From assembly GCA_951406725.2 (NCBI GenBank), contig OX597841.1:12586001-12650000 (forward strand): a stretch of DNA of 64,000 nucleotides, in the 5' to 3' direction. Source of the stretch: Octopus vulgaris (Eukaryota). Within the stretch, counting starts at the first letter, position 1, and each line of letters starts with the position of its first letter. This document shows, piece by piece, positions 13,668-26,930 of the stretch. The notes beneath the pieces were generated by a model. It did not search any database, was not told the DNA's origin, and saw nothing but the letters and a program-made list of their open reading frames with translations. Made by a program: the position numbers and the translations under genes.

Positions 13668-14323
13668 GCATATATAAATATATATATATATATACCGACA
13701 GGTACATAAACACACACACACACACACACACACACATTGTTCGGTGGAAGAAAATTTCATTGATGAAATCGGTTCAGGTCACGTGATCCGTGTTATGAAT
13801 CAATTCTTTTTTAATCAATTACTCATCACACACACACACACATTATCAGTGCACCTGCACGGATGCACACCCCACCCCCGCCACACACACTCACGCCAAC
13901 ATTTCACCACCCCTCCACCGCCGCCGCCGCCTTCCTCTCCTCCACCTTTGCTCCTTGTCCACATTTAGCCTCTCACTCATACAACAATGGATTGCTTGCT
14001 ATCTCCTGATCTCTTATCGATTCTGCCATTTATCGACTACAGTTCAATGGGTCAGCCACATCCGATGTTTTCGGTGGAGGGTGGAGTTGCTCTTCTTCTT
14101 TTTTTTTTTCGTTAACCCGGTTAGAAACGGGTCGGAGGTGGGGGGTAGGATGGCGGTGTGGGGGAACGAGGTGGAACTGGGGGTTGTGGGGACCGCTTCC
14201 CACCGTACAGAGGGGGGCGGGGCGGGGGAGCCGAAGGAAGAAAGGAAAGAAGGAAGGAAGCTGAGACTTAGATTCGAACTTGTAAATCAGCAGAATACAT
14301 ACGTACACGCACGTGCATGGCAC

Positions 14324-14470
14324 AGGCGTGGCTGCGTGGTAAGAGGTTCACTTCCCAGCCACACGGTTCCGGGTTCAGTCCCGCTGCATGACATCTTCTG
14401 CTATAGCCTCAGGTCGACCAAAGCCTCGTGAGAGGATTTAGTAGACGGAAACAGAAAGAAGCCCTTCGTA
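14324..14470 (+). mobile_element. SINE family A, 5' half, diverged
   Basis: GTGGCTGCGTGGTAAG...GGTTCAGTCCC...GAAAGAAGCCC. Confidence 0.78.
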
Positions 14471-14727
14471 CAGACACACACACACATTCACACATACATA
14501 CATACATACATACATGCATACATACACATACATATATATATACACATACATATATATATACATACATATATATATACATACACATACATATATATATAAA
14601 TACACAAACATATATATACATACACATACATATATATATATACATACACATACATATATATATACACACACATATATATATATATATACACACATATATA
14701 TATACACACACATATATATATACACAC

Positions 14728-14806
<79 letters not shown>

Positions 14807-14888
14807 CACATATACACACATATATATATATACATACATATATATATATATGTATGTATGTATATATATATATATATCTATATATATA

Positions 14889-14939
<51 letters not shown>

Positions 14940-14951
14940 CATATATATATA

Positions 14952-15160
14952 GTTAATCCAAACAAGAAAGCACAAAATAACACAACAACGCGAGGACGTG
15001 GAACAAATAAAGTATTATTGGACGCTCAGGAAGGAAGGGAAGAAGGAGGGTTTAACGTTTCGAGCGGAGCTCTTCGTCGGAAACATAGGAGAAAGAAAGA
15101 TCCAGAGAAGGGGAGACAGAGGGAAAAAATCGCCAACGGTACACACGAGGTCACATTTTG
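14952..15160 (-). mobile_element. ~200-nt non-coding repeat (family H1) carrying a minimal hammerhead motif at 15050-15084
   Basis: Near-identical reverse complement of 36040-36252. Minus strand: GTTT CCGACGA A GAGC TCC GCTC GAAA CG TT AAAC. Flanked by (TA)n. Confidence 0.75.
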
Positions 15161-15179
15161 ATATATATATATATTGATA

Positions 15180-15291
<112 letters not shown>

Positions 15292-15342
15292 GACAAGTTA
15301 AAATAATGGCAATTACATATAATTTCTTTATTACAACAAATT

Positions 15343-15438
15343 TGGCTTACAACCGTTTCCAGTAGTCATTATAGAAAGGTATACCCAATGAGGTAAATTG
15401 AAAGACCTAAGAAAATTAATGATACCTCGTCAGAGCCA
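15343..15438 (-). ncRNA. Type-I hammerhead ribozyme motif, canonical core
   Basis: Minus strand: TGGCT CTGACGA GGTATCATTA...TAATGACTACT G GAAA CGGTTG TA AGCCA; stem I 5 bp, GUA triplet. Confidence 0.72.
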
Positions 15439-15669
15439 TTGCTGGAAAAAGCAAACATAATACTCGAAGACTGACTATTGCATGGGGAGGGGGGGAATGG
15501 AGCATAACTTTGGAGCCTCCTGAAAGATTACTTGGAATTCTTCACTGATCTGCGTAATATTGTTAGCTTGGTGTGTCAACAGAGGGCTTATGAAGTAGTT
15601 TTCCCGCATTGATAATCCCTCACTATTTGTTCCGTTATGTAGACTAGCAAATCTACCCATCCACGATGG

Positions 15670-15961
15670 TGGTGCGTGGAGGTACATGACCTAGTTGTTA
15701 GAGCAGCGGACTCGCAGGTTCGAATCTCAGACCGGGCCATGTGTGCGTTTATGAGCGAAACACCTAAGCTGCTCCACGCGGCTCCGGCAGAAGGTAATGG
15801 CGAAACTTCTGCTGACTCTTTCGCCACAACTTTATCTCACTCTTTCCTCTTGCATTTTGCAGCTCACCTGCGACGGACCGGCGTCCCGTCCAGGTGGGGA
15901 ACCTATACGCCAAGGAAACCGGGAAACCGGCCCTTATGAGCTAGGCATGGCTCGAGAAGGA
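15670..15961 (+). mobile_element. tRNA(Arg)-like SINE family C, tail type 1, TSD ACGATGG
   Basis: Head similar to the 36607 copy; ACGATGG at 15663-15669 and 15962-15968. Confidence 0.8.
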
Positions 15962-16255
15962 ACGATGGGGGTATAAAACGGGGGAGGGAAGTCATAACAG
16001 AAGTATGTATTGAGAAATATGTAAATGGACCCTGAGAGATTACTGGGTGATGTCTCAGAGAAATCACATTGTTGTTGTTGGTGATGCAGCATCCTGTTGC
16101 AGCTGCATGACATGTGCTTGCGACTAAGTGACATGTGATGAAGGTTCACCCACCCAACTGAAGAAATAGGCCCCCAGCCTCTGTATCCCGAATGGTTATG
16201 TGGACCGCTCCTAACGAAAGCCACAGCTTTTTTCCATTTTCCTTTCTTCCACACT

Positions 16256-16750
16256 TGTATGTATGTATGCAGGTACGTACGTATGTATGTATGTATGTAT
16301 GTATGTATGTATGTATGTATGTATGTATGTATGTATGTATGTATGAATGTATGTATGTATGTAATGTATGTATGTATGTATGTATGTACGTACGTACGTA
16401 CGTACGTATGTATGTATGTATGTATGTATGTATGTATGTATGTGTGTGTGTTTGAATGTATGTATGTATGTATGTATGTATGTATGTATGTATGTATGTA
16501 TGTATGTATGTATGTATGCAGGTACGTATGTATGCATGTACGTATGTATGTATGTATGTATGTATGTATGTATGTATGTGTGTGTGTTTGAATGTATGTA
16601 TGTATGTATGTATGTATGTATGTATGTATGTATGTACGTACGTACGTACGTACGTACGTATGTATGTATGTATGTATGTATGTATGTATGTATGTATGTA
16701 TGTATGTATGCATGCATGTTTGAATGTAGGTACGTACGTACCCACGTACG
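16256..16750. repeat. (TATG/TACG)n tetranucleotide array with internal block duplication
   Basis: Direct reading; TGTGTGTTTGAATG interruption repeated at about 16445 and 16580. Confidence 0.95.
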
Positions 16751-16779
16751 TATAGTAATATAAATATATATATGATATA

Positions 16780-17078
16780 ATGAGATTATTGTACACAGTG
16801 CTCAGGTGCACCACAACTTGTCAAAAGTGCGTATAAAGCATATGCAGTAATGTACAAATGTCTGGGAAGTGAACAATGTATGAGTCAGATACATACTTGC
16901 GTGCGTATATGGAGGGGAGAAAGTCAGGTAAGTTTTGAAGGATGCAGTGCTCCGACAACTAACAACTGATGCCGGCAGTTTGTTCCATGCTTCAGCAACT
17001 CTTAGCGTGAAAAAATGTTTCCGAAAGTCATGGAAGGAGCTGTGCTGTTTTCTGACTTTGTAAACATGTCCACGGGCG
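16780..17078 (-). mobile_element. CR1-type LINE 3' end
   Basis: RGHVYKVRKQH...RKHFFTLRVAEAWNKLP...FK. Confidence 0.82.
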
Positions 17079-17587
17079 TTAGGTGAATACATACATAGTA
17101 TGTATATATGCAAGCATGCATATTTGAATGTATGTATGTATGTATGTATGTATGTATGTATGTATGTATGTATACGTGCAGATTTGCATGCTTTTTTCCA
17201 TTTTGTTTTCGCTATTAACCGTCTTCGCGACCCCTTTCGTATCTACAATGGGGCCACGAACTACACGATGAAAACCCAGAGTTACTCGTCGTTGGGGAAG
17301 TTTTAGTAAAAATGCGATGGCAATTTATCAATTCAAAAATTGTTATCCACGAAGTAATCATAGTTTCTGATTTTTGAATGCTAAAAACCTTCCTGACGAC
17401 CGTCTTAGTAATCATCGTAACCATTGGTCCTGCCGCCTGGCCGTGAAGAGGGAACAGATAAATGGACAAGCAGACGAACATAACGTCCATTGCAGTAATG
17501 TAGCAAATCTACGATGGCAAATAAAGGGATAGTATTGCAAATTTAAACTCCCTAAATTCACGAACCATACGGCGGGGAAATCCAGAG

Positions 17588-17772
17588 TTAGTTAGTTAGT
17601 TAGTTAATTTTTTGGCTCAAAAAGCAAAAAGCAAGGCCATGTAGGGGGACATGGAGTTATGTACAGGGTGGTGTTCATTTAAAGAGTTCAGGCCACTTGT
17701 GGTCAAGGGAGACTTTGAACCGAGCGGACGTCGGCATCTTCACCATCTCGTCCGGCAGCTTATTCCACAGAT
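17588..17772 (-). mobile_element. CR1-type LINE 3' end with (TAAC)n tail
   Basis: Minus-strand WNKLPDEMVKMPTSARFKVSLD; GAGTTA flanks both sides. Confidence 0.7.
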
Positions 17773-18006
17773 CCGAGTTAATTCTCGTCGGTGGAATTCT
17801 AACAAAAACAAAAAAAAAATCAAAGGTGATTTATTTATGCAAAACTCAATATTCACGAAATAATCATATTTTTTCACATTTTTCTTTTTTTTTTCTTCCC
17901 CAAAAACCTTCCTGATTACTCTTTTGTAATTCCGAAAAGTATCGTGACCATTGGTCCAGCCGTTTGACCGTGAAGAGGAAACAGACAGACAGACGGACAG
18001 AACGCC

Positions 18007-18048
<42 letters not shown>

Positions 18049-18096
18049 AAGCAAGTCAAGATAGAAAATGCTAAAATAATTTTATTAAGAACATTT

Positions 18097-18134
18097 CAGA
18101 ACCGGTTTCGGTCATTTTGAGACCTTTTCAACTG
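18097..18134 (-). ncRNA. Minimal hammerhead motif, U3-A8 core variant
   Basis: Minus strand: CAG TTGAAAA GGTC TCAAAAT GACC GAAA CCGG TT CTG. Confidence 0.6.
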
Positions 18135-18273
18135 TAACGATTAAATAATTAAATTTAGAAAAATTAAAAGAAAAGTTTTTTTAAAGGAATATTTGTATAG
18201 TGTTCAAATATAAGTGGCATTTTCCTTGTTTTTGCCTTTCTCTGTCTCTCTTGTTTACACTTGTATATATATG

Positions 18274-18411
<138 letters not shown>

Positions 18412-18690
18412 TATAATGTATATATATATATATATAATGTATATATGAAGTGTTTCCTCATTGAAATGACACACGTGAGAAGCAACACTCCTTCATTCCC
18501 TTCGGGTGTTCATTCTTTCTAGGCTTTCTCTTGATTTTCTCGTGCTTCGTTCTCCCTCTCCCCCCTCTCTCTCCCTCTCTCACTTCCTCCATCCATCTCG
18601 GTCTTGTGCTTCTCTCTTAATCAACAACTGAAAGTAGTTTTAAAGAAGTCTTTGAACCTCGTATGTATGTATGTATATATATATATATAT

Positions 18691-18822
18691 GTTGAAGAGC
18701 GTAGGCTCGAAACGTTAAAGACTTGTTTTATTTATATTTCCTGAGCGCCATACTAATACAATTGTTCGTTTGTTTTCCACCTGCCTTCGTCTTTTGTTTA
18801 TTTTCATAAAGCTTCCCGTTAT
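18691..18822 (+). mobile_element. Repeat family H2 fragment with truncated hammerhead-like motif
   Basis: GTTGA A GAGC GTAG GCTC GAAACGTT AAAG; homologous to 43605-43790 and 47225-47385. Confidence 0.65.
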
Positions 18823-18891
18823 ATATGTATGTATATATGTGTTTGTATGTATGTATGTATGTATGTATGTGTGTGTGTATATGTATGTATG

Positions 18892-18923
<32 letters not shown>

Positions 18924-19198
18924 CATGTATGTATGTTTTGTTTTATGTACCGTAAATCCGAGTATAATCCGCATTTTTGCCACAAAATTTAAAGGTCAAA
19001 ATCCCCAGTGCGTCCTATACACGAGGTTAAAAATGAGAATTATTTTCTAAGCAATGTTCGAGTCTCTATTTTCTGTCCGGCAATGTTTATTCCGATGCAC
19101 TTTGTGATGTCGGGCGCGAAAATAGCTTAAGCTAAGCCTGAAAGCAATGAACTTATAATTAATTTTAGTCAATTTTTGTTTATTTTCAGATTAATGAA

Positions 19199-19344
19199 AT
19201 GGAATGTCAAGCTAAGAAAAACAAGCATTTTTGACACCTCCTTCTTTTCGCTTTTAATCAAGGTTCTAAGGCCACAAAAGCTGCTCGCGACATTTGTGCT
19301 GAGTATGGAGAGGGTGCCATAGCTGAAAGAACCGCTCGTGACTG

Positions 19345-19347
<3 letters not shown>
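19199..19347 (+). mobile_element. mariner transposase N-terminal (HTH) fragment
   Basis: HLLLFAFNQGSKATKAARDICAEYGEGAIAERTARDW, with an in-frame stop upstream. Confidence 0.75.
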
Positions 19348-19429
<82 letters not shown>

Positions 19430-19648
19430 TATGAGAGGTAATGGTGTCAATAAGACCCAAGGGTGTCAGGTAATGCTGAGTAAGTGTTATGGACAGACCA
19501 TAGTTAAGCTCCAGGTTCTGTGATTATCCGAATGAGGAGCCCAACGTAGGTCATATATCAGCATGTGTATGTATAAAATTTTTTTTTTCAGAATGAGATA
19601 AAAAAAATCCAAGGCTGTGAAGATTTTAGAACATTTATAGATAGAAGG

Positions 19649-19694
19649 TCTTACAGCTGTTTCCGGGATATTTATTATATCCCTTCATCGGAGA
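19649..19694 (-). ncRNA. Minimal type-I hammerhead motif (U4C variant)
   Basis: Minus strand: TCT CCGATGA A GGGATAT AATAA ATATCCC G GAAA CAGCTG TA AGA. Confidence 0.65.
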
Positions 19695-19947
19695 TGGTGT
19701 GAGAGGTTGGTTAAGAAATAGTTAATTTAGATAAGATATAAAATAGAGAGTGAGGTGGAGGAAATAAAAGAAAATAGATGTGAGATATGTAGGGATATTG
19801 CATTTGTAGATCCATTATTTACAAATGCAATATCCCTGCATATCTCAAATCTATTTCTTTGCCATTTGGCGTTCATGGTACTCGATCTTTCACAATCAAC
19901 AAGTTTCTCGTATTCCACTTTCACTTCCTTAATCTGTATTTCTTGTT

Positions 19948-19985
<38 letters not shown>

Positions 19986-19994
<9 letters not shown>

Positions 19995-20398
19995 TCTTTT
20001 ACTTGTTTCAATCAGTTGACTGCGGCCATGCTGGAGCACCGCCTTTAATCGAGCAACTCGACCCCGGGACTTATTCTTTGTAAGCCCAGTACTTATTCTA
20101 TCAGTCTCTTTTGCCGAACTGCTAAGTGACGGGGACGTAAACACACCAGCATCGGTTGTCAAGCTATGCTAGGGGGACAAACACAGACACACAAACATAC
20201 ACACACACACACACACATATATATATACATATATACGATGGGCTTCTTTCAGTTTCCGTCTACCAAATCCACTCACAAGGCTTTGGTCAGCCCGAAGCTA
20301 TAGTAGAAGACACTTGCCCAAGGTGCCACGCAGTGGGATTGAACCCGGAACCATGTGGTTGGTAAGCAAGTTACTTACCACACAGCCACTCCTGCACC
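19986..20398 (-). mobile_element. SINE family A, full length
   Basis: Reverse complement of 4718-5133. Confidence 0.9.
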
Positions 20399-20471
20399 TT
20401 TGCTCTTTTCCCTTTGCTCTTGGGAACAGCCGTCAGCTATCGATTGCTGATCAGTTTGATGGCCACACAAG

Positions 20472-20636
20472 CACTAGCGTAGCTGGGAAGGAGTGGGGTC
20501 CGCCACGGGCCGCATTTTTAAAGGGTCACTACTTTTGGGTCTACTGTAGGCAATATGTGCTTTTTTTTTTTGTGGGGTCCGGAGGCGGCGAACGGGCGGG
20601 CCGCTCCGGTCGGTACACATTCTAGCTACGCTAGTG
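20472..20636. mobile_element. MITE with 13-bp TIR, possibly hAT-type
   Basis: CACTAGCGTAGCT...AGCTACGCTAGTG; imperfect 8-bp flanks CACACAAG/CAAACAAA. Confidence 0.65.
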
Positions 20637-21367
20637 CAAACAAACATTTGTTTGGGTCCTTTCCCGGATTTCTGACTGAGCAATTGCAGCCAAGAGAAGG
20701 TTGCGCATTCATTCGCGACCTCACCGATGGATTCCGCTGGTCAGTCAACGGAACATCCACGTTAGATGCACCATGGGAAGCCTACACCATGATGTGCCAC
20801 TATGTGCTCCCCCGCTCGTTGAGCCTGCATTTGTCACCTCTTCTTCATTGCCGTGGGACTTGAAGAGATATTCGTACAGTTTGATGCAGGGTTGGATTAA
20901 GACCCATAGAGGCCCTAAGAACTTAAAAGGCTTTTGCGGCAGAAGGTCACCGTTTCTTAGACTGACTGCCTTAATGCGGCTAAAGAGTCAACATGCATGC
21001 ACACACACACACACATACATACATACCTATATACATATATATATACACACAAATACATACATGCACACATGCATACATACACACACAAATACATACATTT
21101 ATATATATATATATATATATATGTGTATATATATATGTGTGTATGTATATATATATGTATATATATATGTATATATATATGTATATATATATATGTATAT
21201 ATAATAATAAATATTAGGGAATAAATCCAAATTTACAGGGAAAAAATCAGATTTAGGATTAAATCCAATTTTATAGTAAAATATTATATAATATTAATTC
21301 GAGACAATATATGTATATATATATATGTATATATATATACATTTATATATATATGTATATATATATT

Positions 21368-21427
<60 letters not shown>

Positions 21428-22272
21428 CACACATATATGTGTGTATGTATATATACATGTGTTATATCTATCTATCTGTCTATCTGCGTATGTGTGTGTG
21501 TGTGCGCGCGCGCTCGTTGGTGTGCATGAATGTCTACGTATGTTTGTTAAATGCTAACTCACGAAACTCTCGGCCATTGAGTCACTCTCTTGCTTCCGCT
21601 AAATATCCTGTACACACACACACACACACACACATGTTATCTAATGTGTGCTTCCTTGCCGTTGTTGCATTTTAGCCCCTGGTCAGTCCTAATGTTACAG
21701 ACCCATGATCAAAGGTGTTCCAGCCATGACCGTCACATCTTTTATTCAAACATACCGTATGTGGAAACTACATCATCTAATGTGTCCTTCCATTTTAAAT
21801 CGTGTTCAGTGTATGAACTAGTGCATATTTAGCTGCTGTTTCTAACGTCTACCACGACCACATAGAGTCCGTCTGTCACCCAGTAACCCGGTCATATCCG
21901 TTTCTATTGTGGTCAGTTTCTGGAACGAAGTCAACAACTGAGCTGGACTTAGTTTAAGACCTCGGACTGACACCGCCCTCCACTGTAGGCCGTTGTGTGT
22001 GTGCGCGCGCGCGTAAGTGTATGTACGTTTGTGCGTATGTTTCTGGTATGTATGCATCCATATATATATATATATATTTGAGTAGTTGAATGAATTATCT
22101 TATTAAGGATAATTCGAAAGATAACCGATACCTGGGTAGCAAATTCACATCTGAAAGAACACGGTTGAAGCTACGTCCCTAGGGCATAGACTACGTGTCT
22201 TCATGCGGAAATTTGTATGTTTATTTCAAAATTATAAGTATATGAAAGTATTATAAGTATACTTATAATTTT

Positions 22273-22346
<74 letters not shown>

Positions 22347-22478
22347 GTAAGTATGTATGTAGGAAGGTAGGTAGGTATTTTGCATATATTATATATAATA
22401 TTTTGCATATATTATATATAATATATTATATATAATATATTGCATATATTATATATAATATATGCATATATGTATATA

Positions 22479-23225
22479 CAGGGCGTGGTGAATAAACTGT
22501 CATCTAAATTATGTAAAAATGAAAATAACACTGGCATCTCATTTTAACAGATATTTTTACCAAAATTATATAAAAATATCTTGAAATACTAAAGAGTAAA
22601 TTGATTCAATAAAATCCCCTTTTGGCTTCAACCATGGACTTCAGACGATTTCGGAATCTCCTGCAAGTTTCAGGACGGTCTCCTTTTTACAGTTGGTGAA
22701 ATGCTGCCATAATCCTTGACTTCAGTTCACCTTTGGTGTTACGAGGAGTTTTGTTGGTCTCTCACTCAACTGCACCCCACACATAATAATCAAGGGGCTT
22801 GCGGTCTGGGGAGTAAGATGGCCAGATGTTTGGGGTGACGTGATCGCAGAAATTGTCTGACAGCCGTGACTGGGTTCTCCTGCTTATGTAACATGGTGCA
22901 GAGTCCTGTTGCCAGACATAGGGTCTTCCAGCAGCCACTCTCTTGACCCAGGGCAGCACTACTTCCTCCAGGCACTTGATGTAGGCCTCCGTGTTGAGTC
23001 TGAGGCCATGTGGGAAGATGAATCGATGCATAATGTCACCATCACTAGTGATCACTACAAACACCATGATGTTCACTGGATGTTTGACTTTTATCGCTCT
23101 CTCTACGTGTCCTCAGATTACTCTGTCTTCAGATTGACATCCAAACACTCGGAAATGTTCGTATTGGAGTTTCGCCGCAAATGCCAAGCAGTACTGTATA
23201 TCGTTTCCAAATTTCTGGCAGTGTG
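22479..23225 (-). mobile_element. Tc1/mariner transposon, DD37D (maT-type), internally deleted
   Basis: WQQDSAP...WPSYSPDRKPLDYYVW with 37 residues between the last two Asp; TA|CAGGG terminus at 22479. Confidence 0.88.
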
Positions 23226-23240
23226 AATATATATCATAGT

Positions 23241-23478
23241 TTAAAGAAAACAGAGAATACACATGGAATATTCACTTTTTTAATCATTGTGCAGCCATAT
23301 TAAGTCCTGCTTTTTGTGCCTACCAGACGTTTCCGCCATTTCTTAGCGTCCATATTTGCACTTTAAAATGCAAGAATGGACGCTAACAAACGGCGGAGAC
23401 GTGACGTAGGCACAAAAGAAAAAATATGACTCAATGATTCAAAAATGAATATTTCATGTATTTTCTGTTTTTCTTTTA
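23241..23478. repeat. ~240-nt imperfect palindrome (fold-back)
   Basis: TTTTGTGCCTAC...TTAGCGTCCAT / ATGGACGCTAA...GTAGGCACAAAA, plus outer arms. Confidence 0.8.
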
Positions 23479-23726
23479 TGTTTTTAACCATTAATTTGTT
23501 TTCTCCTATATCGAAAAGAATGAAGTCAATATAGGGACAAGTGGATTTTCAGAAGTGGAAAGTACTAAGACTGGCTAAAACAATCAACCATAATCATTAG
23601 TACATTCGTACAAAATCGATAACAAGAATTATCACTCGATAGAAGCGCAAAACTGGTGACCCCTCGGATAACATATCCCCTTAACCCAAATAATTATTTT
23701 GAAGTAATTGTTTGCAAACAATTATA

Positions 23727-24132
23727 TGTGGCTGACTGGTAAGTAGCTTGCTAACCAACCACATGGTTCCGGGTTCAGTCCCACTGCATGGCACCTTGGG
23801 CCAGTGTCTTCTGCTATAGCCCCGGGCCGACCAATGCCTTGTGAGTGGATTTGGTAGAGGGAAACTGAAAGAAGCCTGTCGTATATATGTATATATATAT
23901 ATATGTGAGTGTGTGTGTGTGTGTGTGTGTCTGTGTTTGTTCCCCTAGCTGCTTGACAACCGATGCTGGTGTGTTTATGTCCCCCGTCACTTAGCGGTTC
24001 GGCAAAAAGAGACCGATAGAATAAGTACTGGGCTAACAAAGAATAAGTCCCGGAGTCGAGTTGCTCGACTAAAGGCGGTGCTCCAGCATGGCCGCAGTCA
24101 AATGACTGAAACAAGTAAAAGAGTAAAAGAGT
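23727..24132 (+). mobile_element. SINE family A, near full length
   Basis: Homologous to 4718-5133; an inverted 3' half follows at about 24135-24300. Confidence 0.9.
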
Positions 24133-24296
24133 ATATTCTTTTACTTCTTTCAATAATTTGACTGTGGCCATGCAGGAGCACTGCCTTAAAGAGATTTAGT
24201 CGAAAAAATCGCCCCTCTCCCCAGAAGTTATTCTTTGCAAGCCTAGTAATTATTCTATCGGTAACGTTGGCCGAACCGCTAGGTTACAGAGACGTA

Positions 24297-24351
<55 letters not shown>

Positions 24352-24353
<2 letters not shown>

Positions 24354-24544
24354 TTTTCTACTCCTGGCACAAGGCCGAAAGTTTTTTGGGGTGGGGGCCA
24401 GTCGATTAGATCGACCCCAGTACGCAACAAAGAATGAAAGGCAAAGTCGACCTCGGCGGAATTTGAACTCAGAACGTAACGGCAAACGGAATACACCGCT
24501 AAGCATTTCGCCCGACGTGCTAACGTTTCTGCCAGCTCGCCGCC
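24352..24544 (-). mobile_element. SINE family B with alternative 3' tail
   Basis: Same head as the 46356 copy; tail ...CGGCCTTGTGCCAGGAGTAGAAAAG. Confidence 0.8.
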
Positions 24545-24575
24545 TTTATATCATATCATATTATATTATAGTATA

Positions 24576-24640
<65 letters not shown>

Positions 24641-24675
24641 TATGTATATGTATATGTATGTGTGCGTGTGTATGC

Positions 24676-24730
<55 letters not shown>

Positions 24731-24732
24731 TA

Positions 24733-24894
24733 TGACAGCTTCTTTCAGTTTCCGTCTACCAAGTCCACTCACAAGGCTTTGGTCGGCCCGAGGCTATAGT
24801 TGAAAACACTTGCCCAAGGTGGCACGCAGTGGGACTAAACCCGGAACTATGTGGTTGGTAAGCAAGCTACTTACCACACAGCCACTCCTGAGCC
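24733..24894 (-). mobile_element. SINE family A, 5' half
   Basis: Homology to 4718-4880. Confidence 0.85.
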
Positions 24895-24974
24895 ATGTAT
24901 ATAAATAATTAATCGAAATAGACAAACAATTAAAAAACAGAGAAAAAAGCTGACGTACACAAGAAGTATATTAA

Positions 24975-25008
24975 TTTAACGTTTCGAGCATAGCTCTTCG
25001 TCGGAAAC
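24975..25008 (-). ncRNA. Minimal hammerhead motif, H1-related
   Basis: Minus strand: GTTT CCGACGA A GAGC TAT GCTC GAAA CG TT AAAT. Confidence 0.6.
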
Positions 25009-25146
25009 AGGGAAGTCCAAAGAGAAAGAAGGAAAAATCGCCAGCAATTCACATACGTACATACATACAATCATATATACATTCATACATGCATGCATAC
25101 ATACATACGTACATACATACAAATATACATACATACATACATACAT

Positions 25147-25179
<33 letters not shown>

Positions 25180-25359
25180 ATTAATTATAAATGTAATATA
25201 TATATATATATATAGTCGCTCAAACTTTTATAAAGTTTATGTATATGCATTCATCATATATATATACATTCATCTTTCCACCCATTCATACACACATACA
25301 TACATACGTACGTACAAACAAACATACATACATATATACATACATGCATACAAATATAT

Positions 25360-25428
<69 letters not shown>

Positions 25429-25964
25429 TATGTACATCCATATATCCACTCATACCTATATAAACACACATATACACATACATATATACCAAAATATGTT
25501 CGAAGGGATAAAAACATGATTCGATAAAGAAATCGTTATTTGTGATGCCTCACTTTCTCATGTTCGATCTATTATCAATGATAAATTATCCTGACATATT
25601 TCCGATACTCCACGCTATAGTATGATCTATGTTGTTAATGGTAAGGTTGTTCGTTAACCCTTCGCCTCTTCAAATCAAATTCATAAGTAGGTCCTTAACA
25701 CCCATGCTTGTTTTCAGACGTAAATAGTTAGCCTTAGTTTCGTACGTTCTGAGTACGATTAAGCATTTATTTTTTCGTAAGTCCAAAGTTACTCTCATGT
25801 TTGGAAAAAATAAAAATGTGGACGTGTGTCGTATATAAACGGTGGGGCCCCACATGGCCGCAGTCCTTGATTGAAACTTAGAGAAAAAATATGATGCAGG
25901 GATGCGAGGGAAACATGTCCTGTATATCTCGTGATACACAGAACCAGCATAGGAATAAATCTGG

Positions 25965-26930
25965 AGTACCTCAGGGTATACTATCATACCTGTTATAAAT
26001 AGTGAGGTACCCAGTTAAATTTATGGTACCCCAGATTATAACATAAGATCTATTATTAATAGCGAAGTGTCCATTAAATTTGTGGTGCTCCAGCTAGAAT
26101 GTTTGATGCATTATAAATGGGAGGTGCACAGTTAAATTTGTGGTACCCCAGGTAGAATATTAGATGCGTTATAAACGGTGAGGTACCCAGTTAAATTTGT
26201 GGTACTCCGAAGTGTGCATTAAATGTTTGGTACCAAAGTAGAATATTAGATGCGTAATAAATGGTAAGGTACCCAGTTGAATTTATAGCACCCCAGTAGA
26301 ACGTTAGATGCGTTATAAATGGTAAGGTACCCAGTTAAATTTGTGGTACCCCAGAATATTAGATGCGTTATAAACTGTAAGGTACCCAGTTAAATTTGTG
26401 GTATCCCAGTAGAATATTAGATGCGTTATAAATGGTGAGGTACCCAATTAAATTTGTGGTACTCCGAAGTGTCTATTAAATGCTTGGTACCCAAGTAGAA
26501 TATTAGATGCGTAATAAATGGTAAGGTACCTAGTTGAATTTATGGTACCCCAGTAAAACATTAGATGCGTTATAAATGGTGAAGTACCCAGTTAAATTTG
26601 TGGTACTCCAGTAGAATATTAGATACTTTATGAATGGTGAGGTACCCAATTGAATTTATGGTACTCCGAAGTGTCTATTAAATTTGTGGTATTCCGGCTA
26701 GAATATTAGATGAGTTATAAATGGTAAGGTACCCAGTTCAATTTGTGGTACCCCAGCTAGAATATTAGATGAGTTATAAATGGTAAGGTACCCAGTTCAA
26801 TTTGTGGTACCCCAGCTAGAATATTAGATACGTTATAAATGGTGAAGTACCCAGTTAAATTTGTGATACCCCAGGTAGTTTATTATATGTGTTATTAATG
26901 TTGAGTTACCCTGTGAAATCCGTGGTACCC
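25965..26930. repeat. Tandem minisatellite, ~57-59-nt unit, roughly 16 copies
   Basis: Unit TAGAATATTAGATGCGTTATAAATGGTAAGGTACCCAGTTAAATTTGTGGTACCCCAG; period 59 between 26701 and 26760. Confidence 0.93.

Larger units (their letters stand above)
15644..18010 (-). mobile_element. Two tandem Helitron-like non-autonomous units (15644-~17498, ~17500-18010) with nested SINE, CR1 pieces and microsatellite
   Basis: CTAG terminus with CCCATC-CAC-GATGG hairpin; shared ends (CCATTGGTCC...CCGTGAAGAGG..ACAGAC) also at 31487-32010. Confidence 0.55.

Noticed and set aside
25965-26930. Possible CRISPR-like array
   Set aside because: Whole units repeat with no unique spacers, there are no cas genes and the context is eukaryotic; it is a minisatellite
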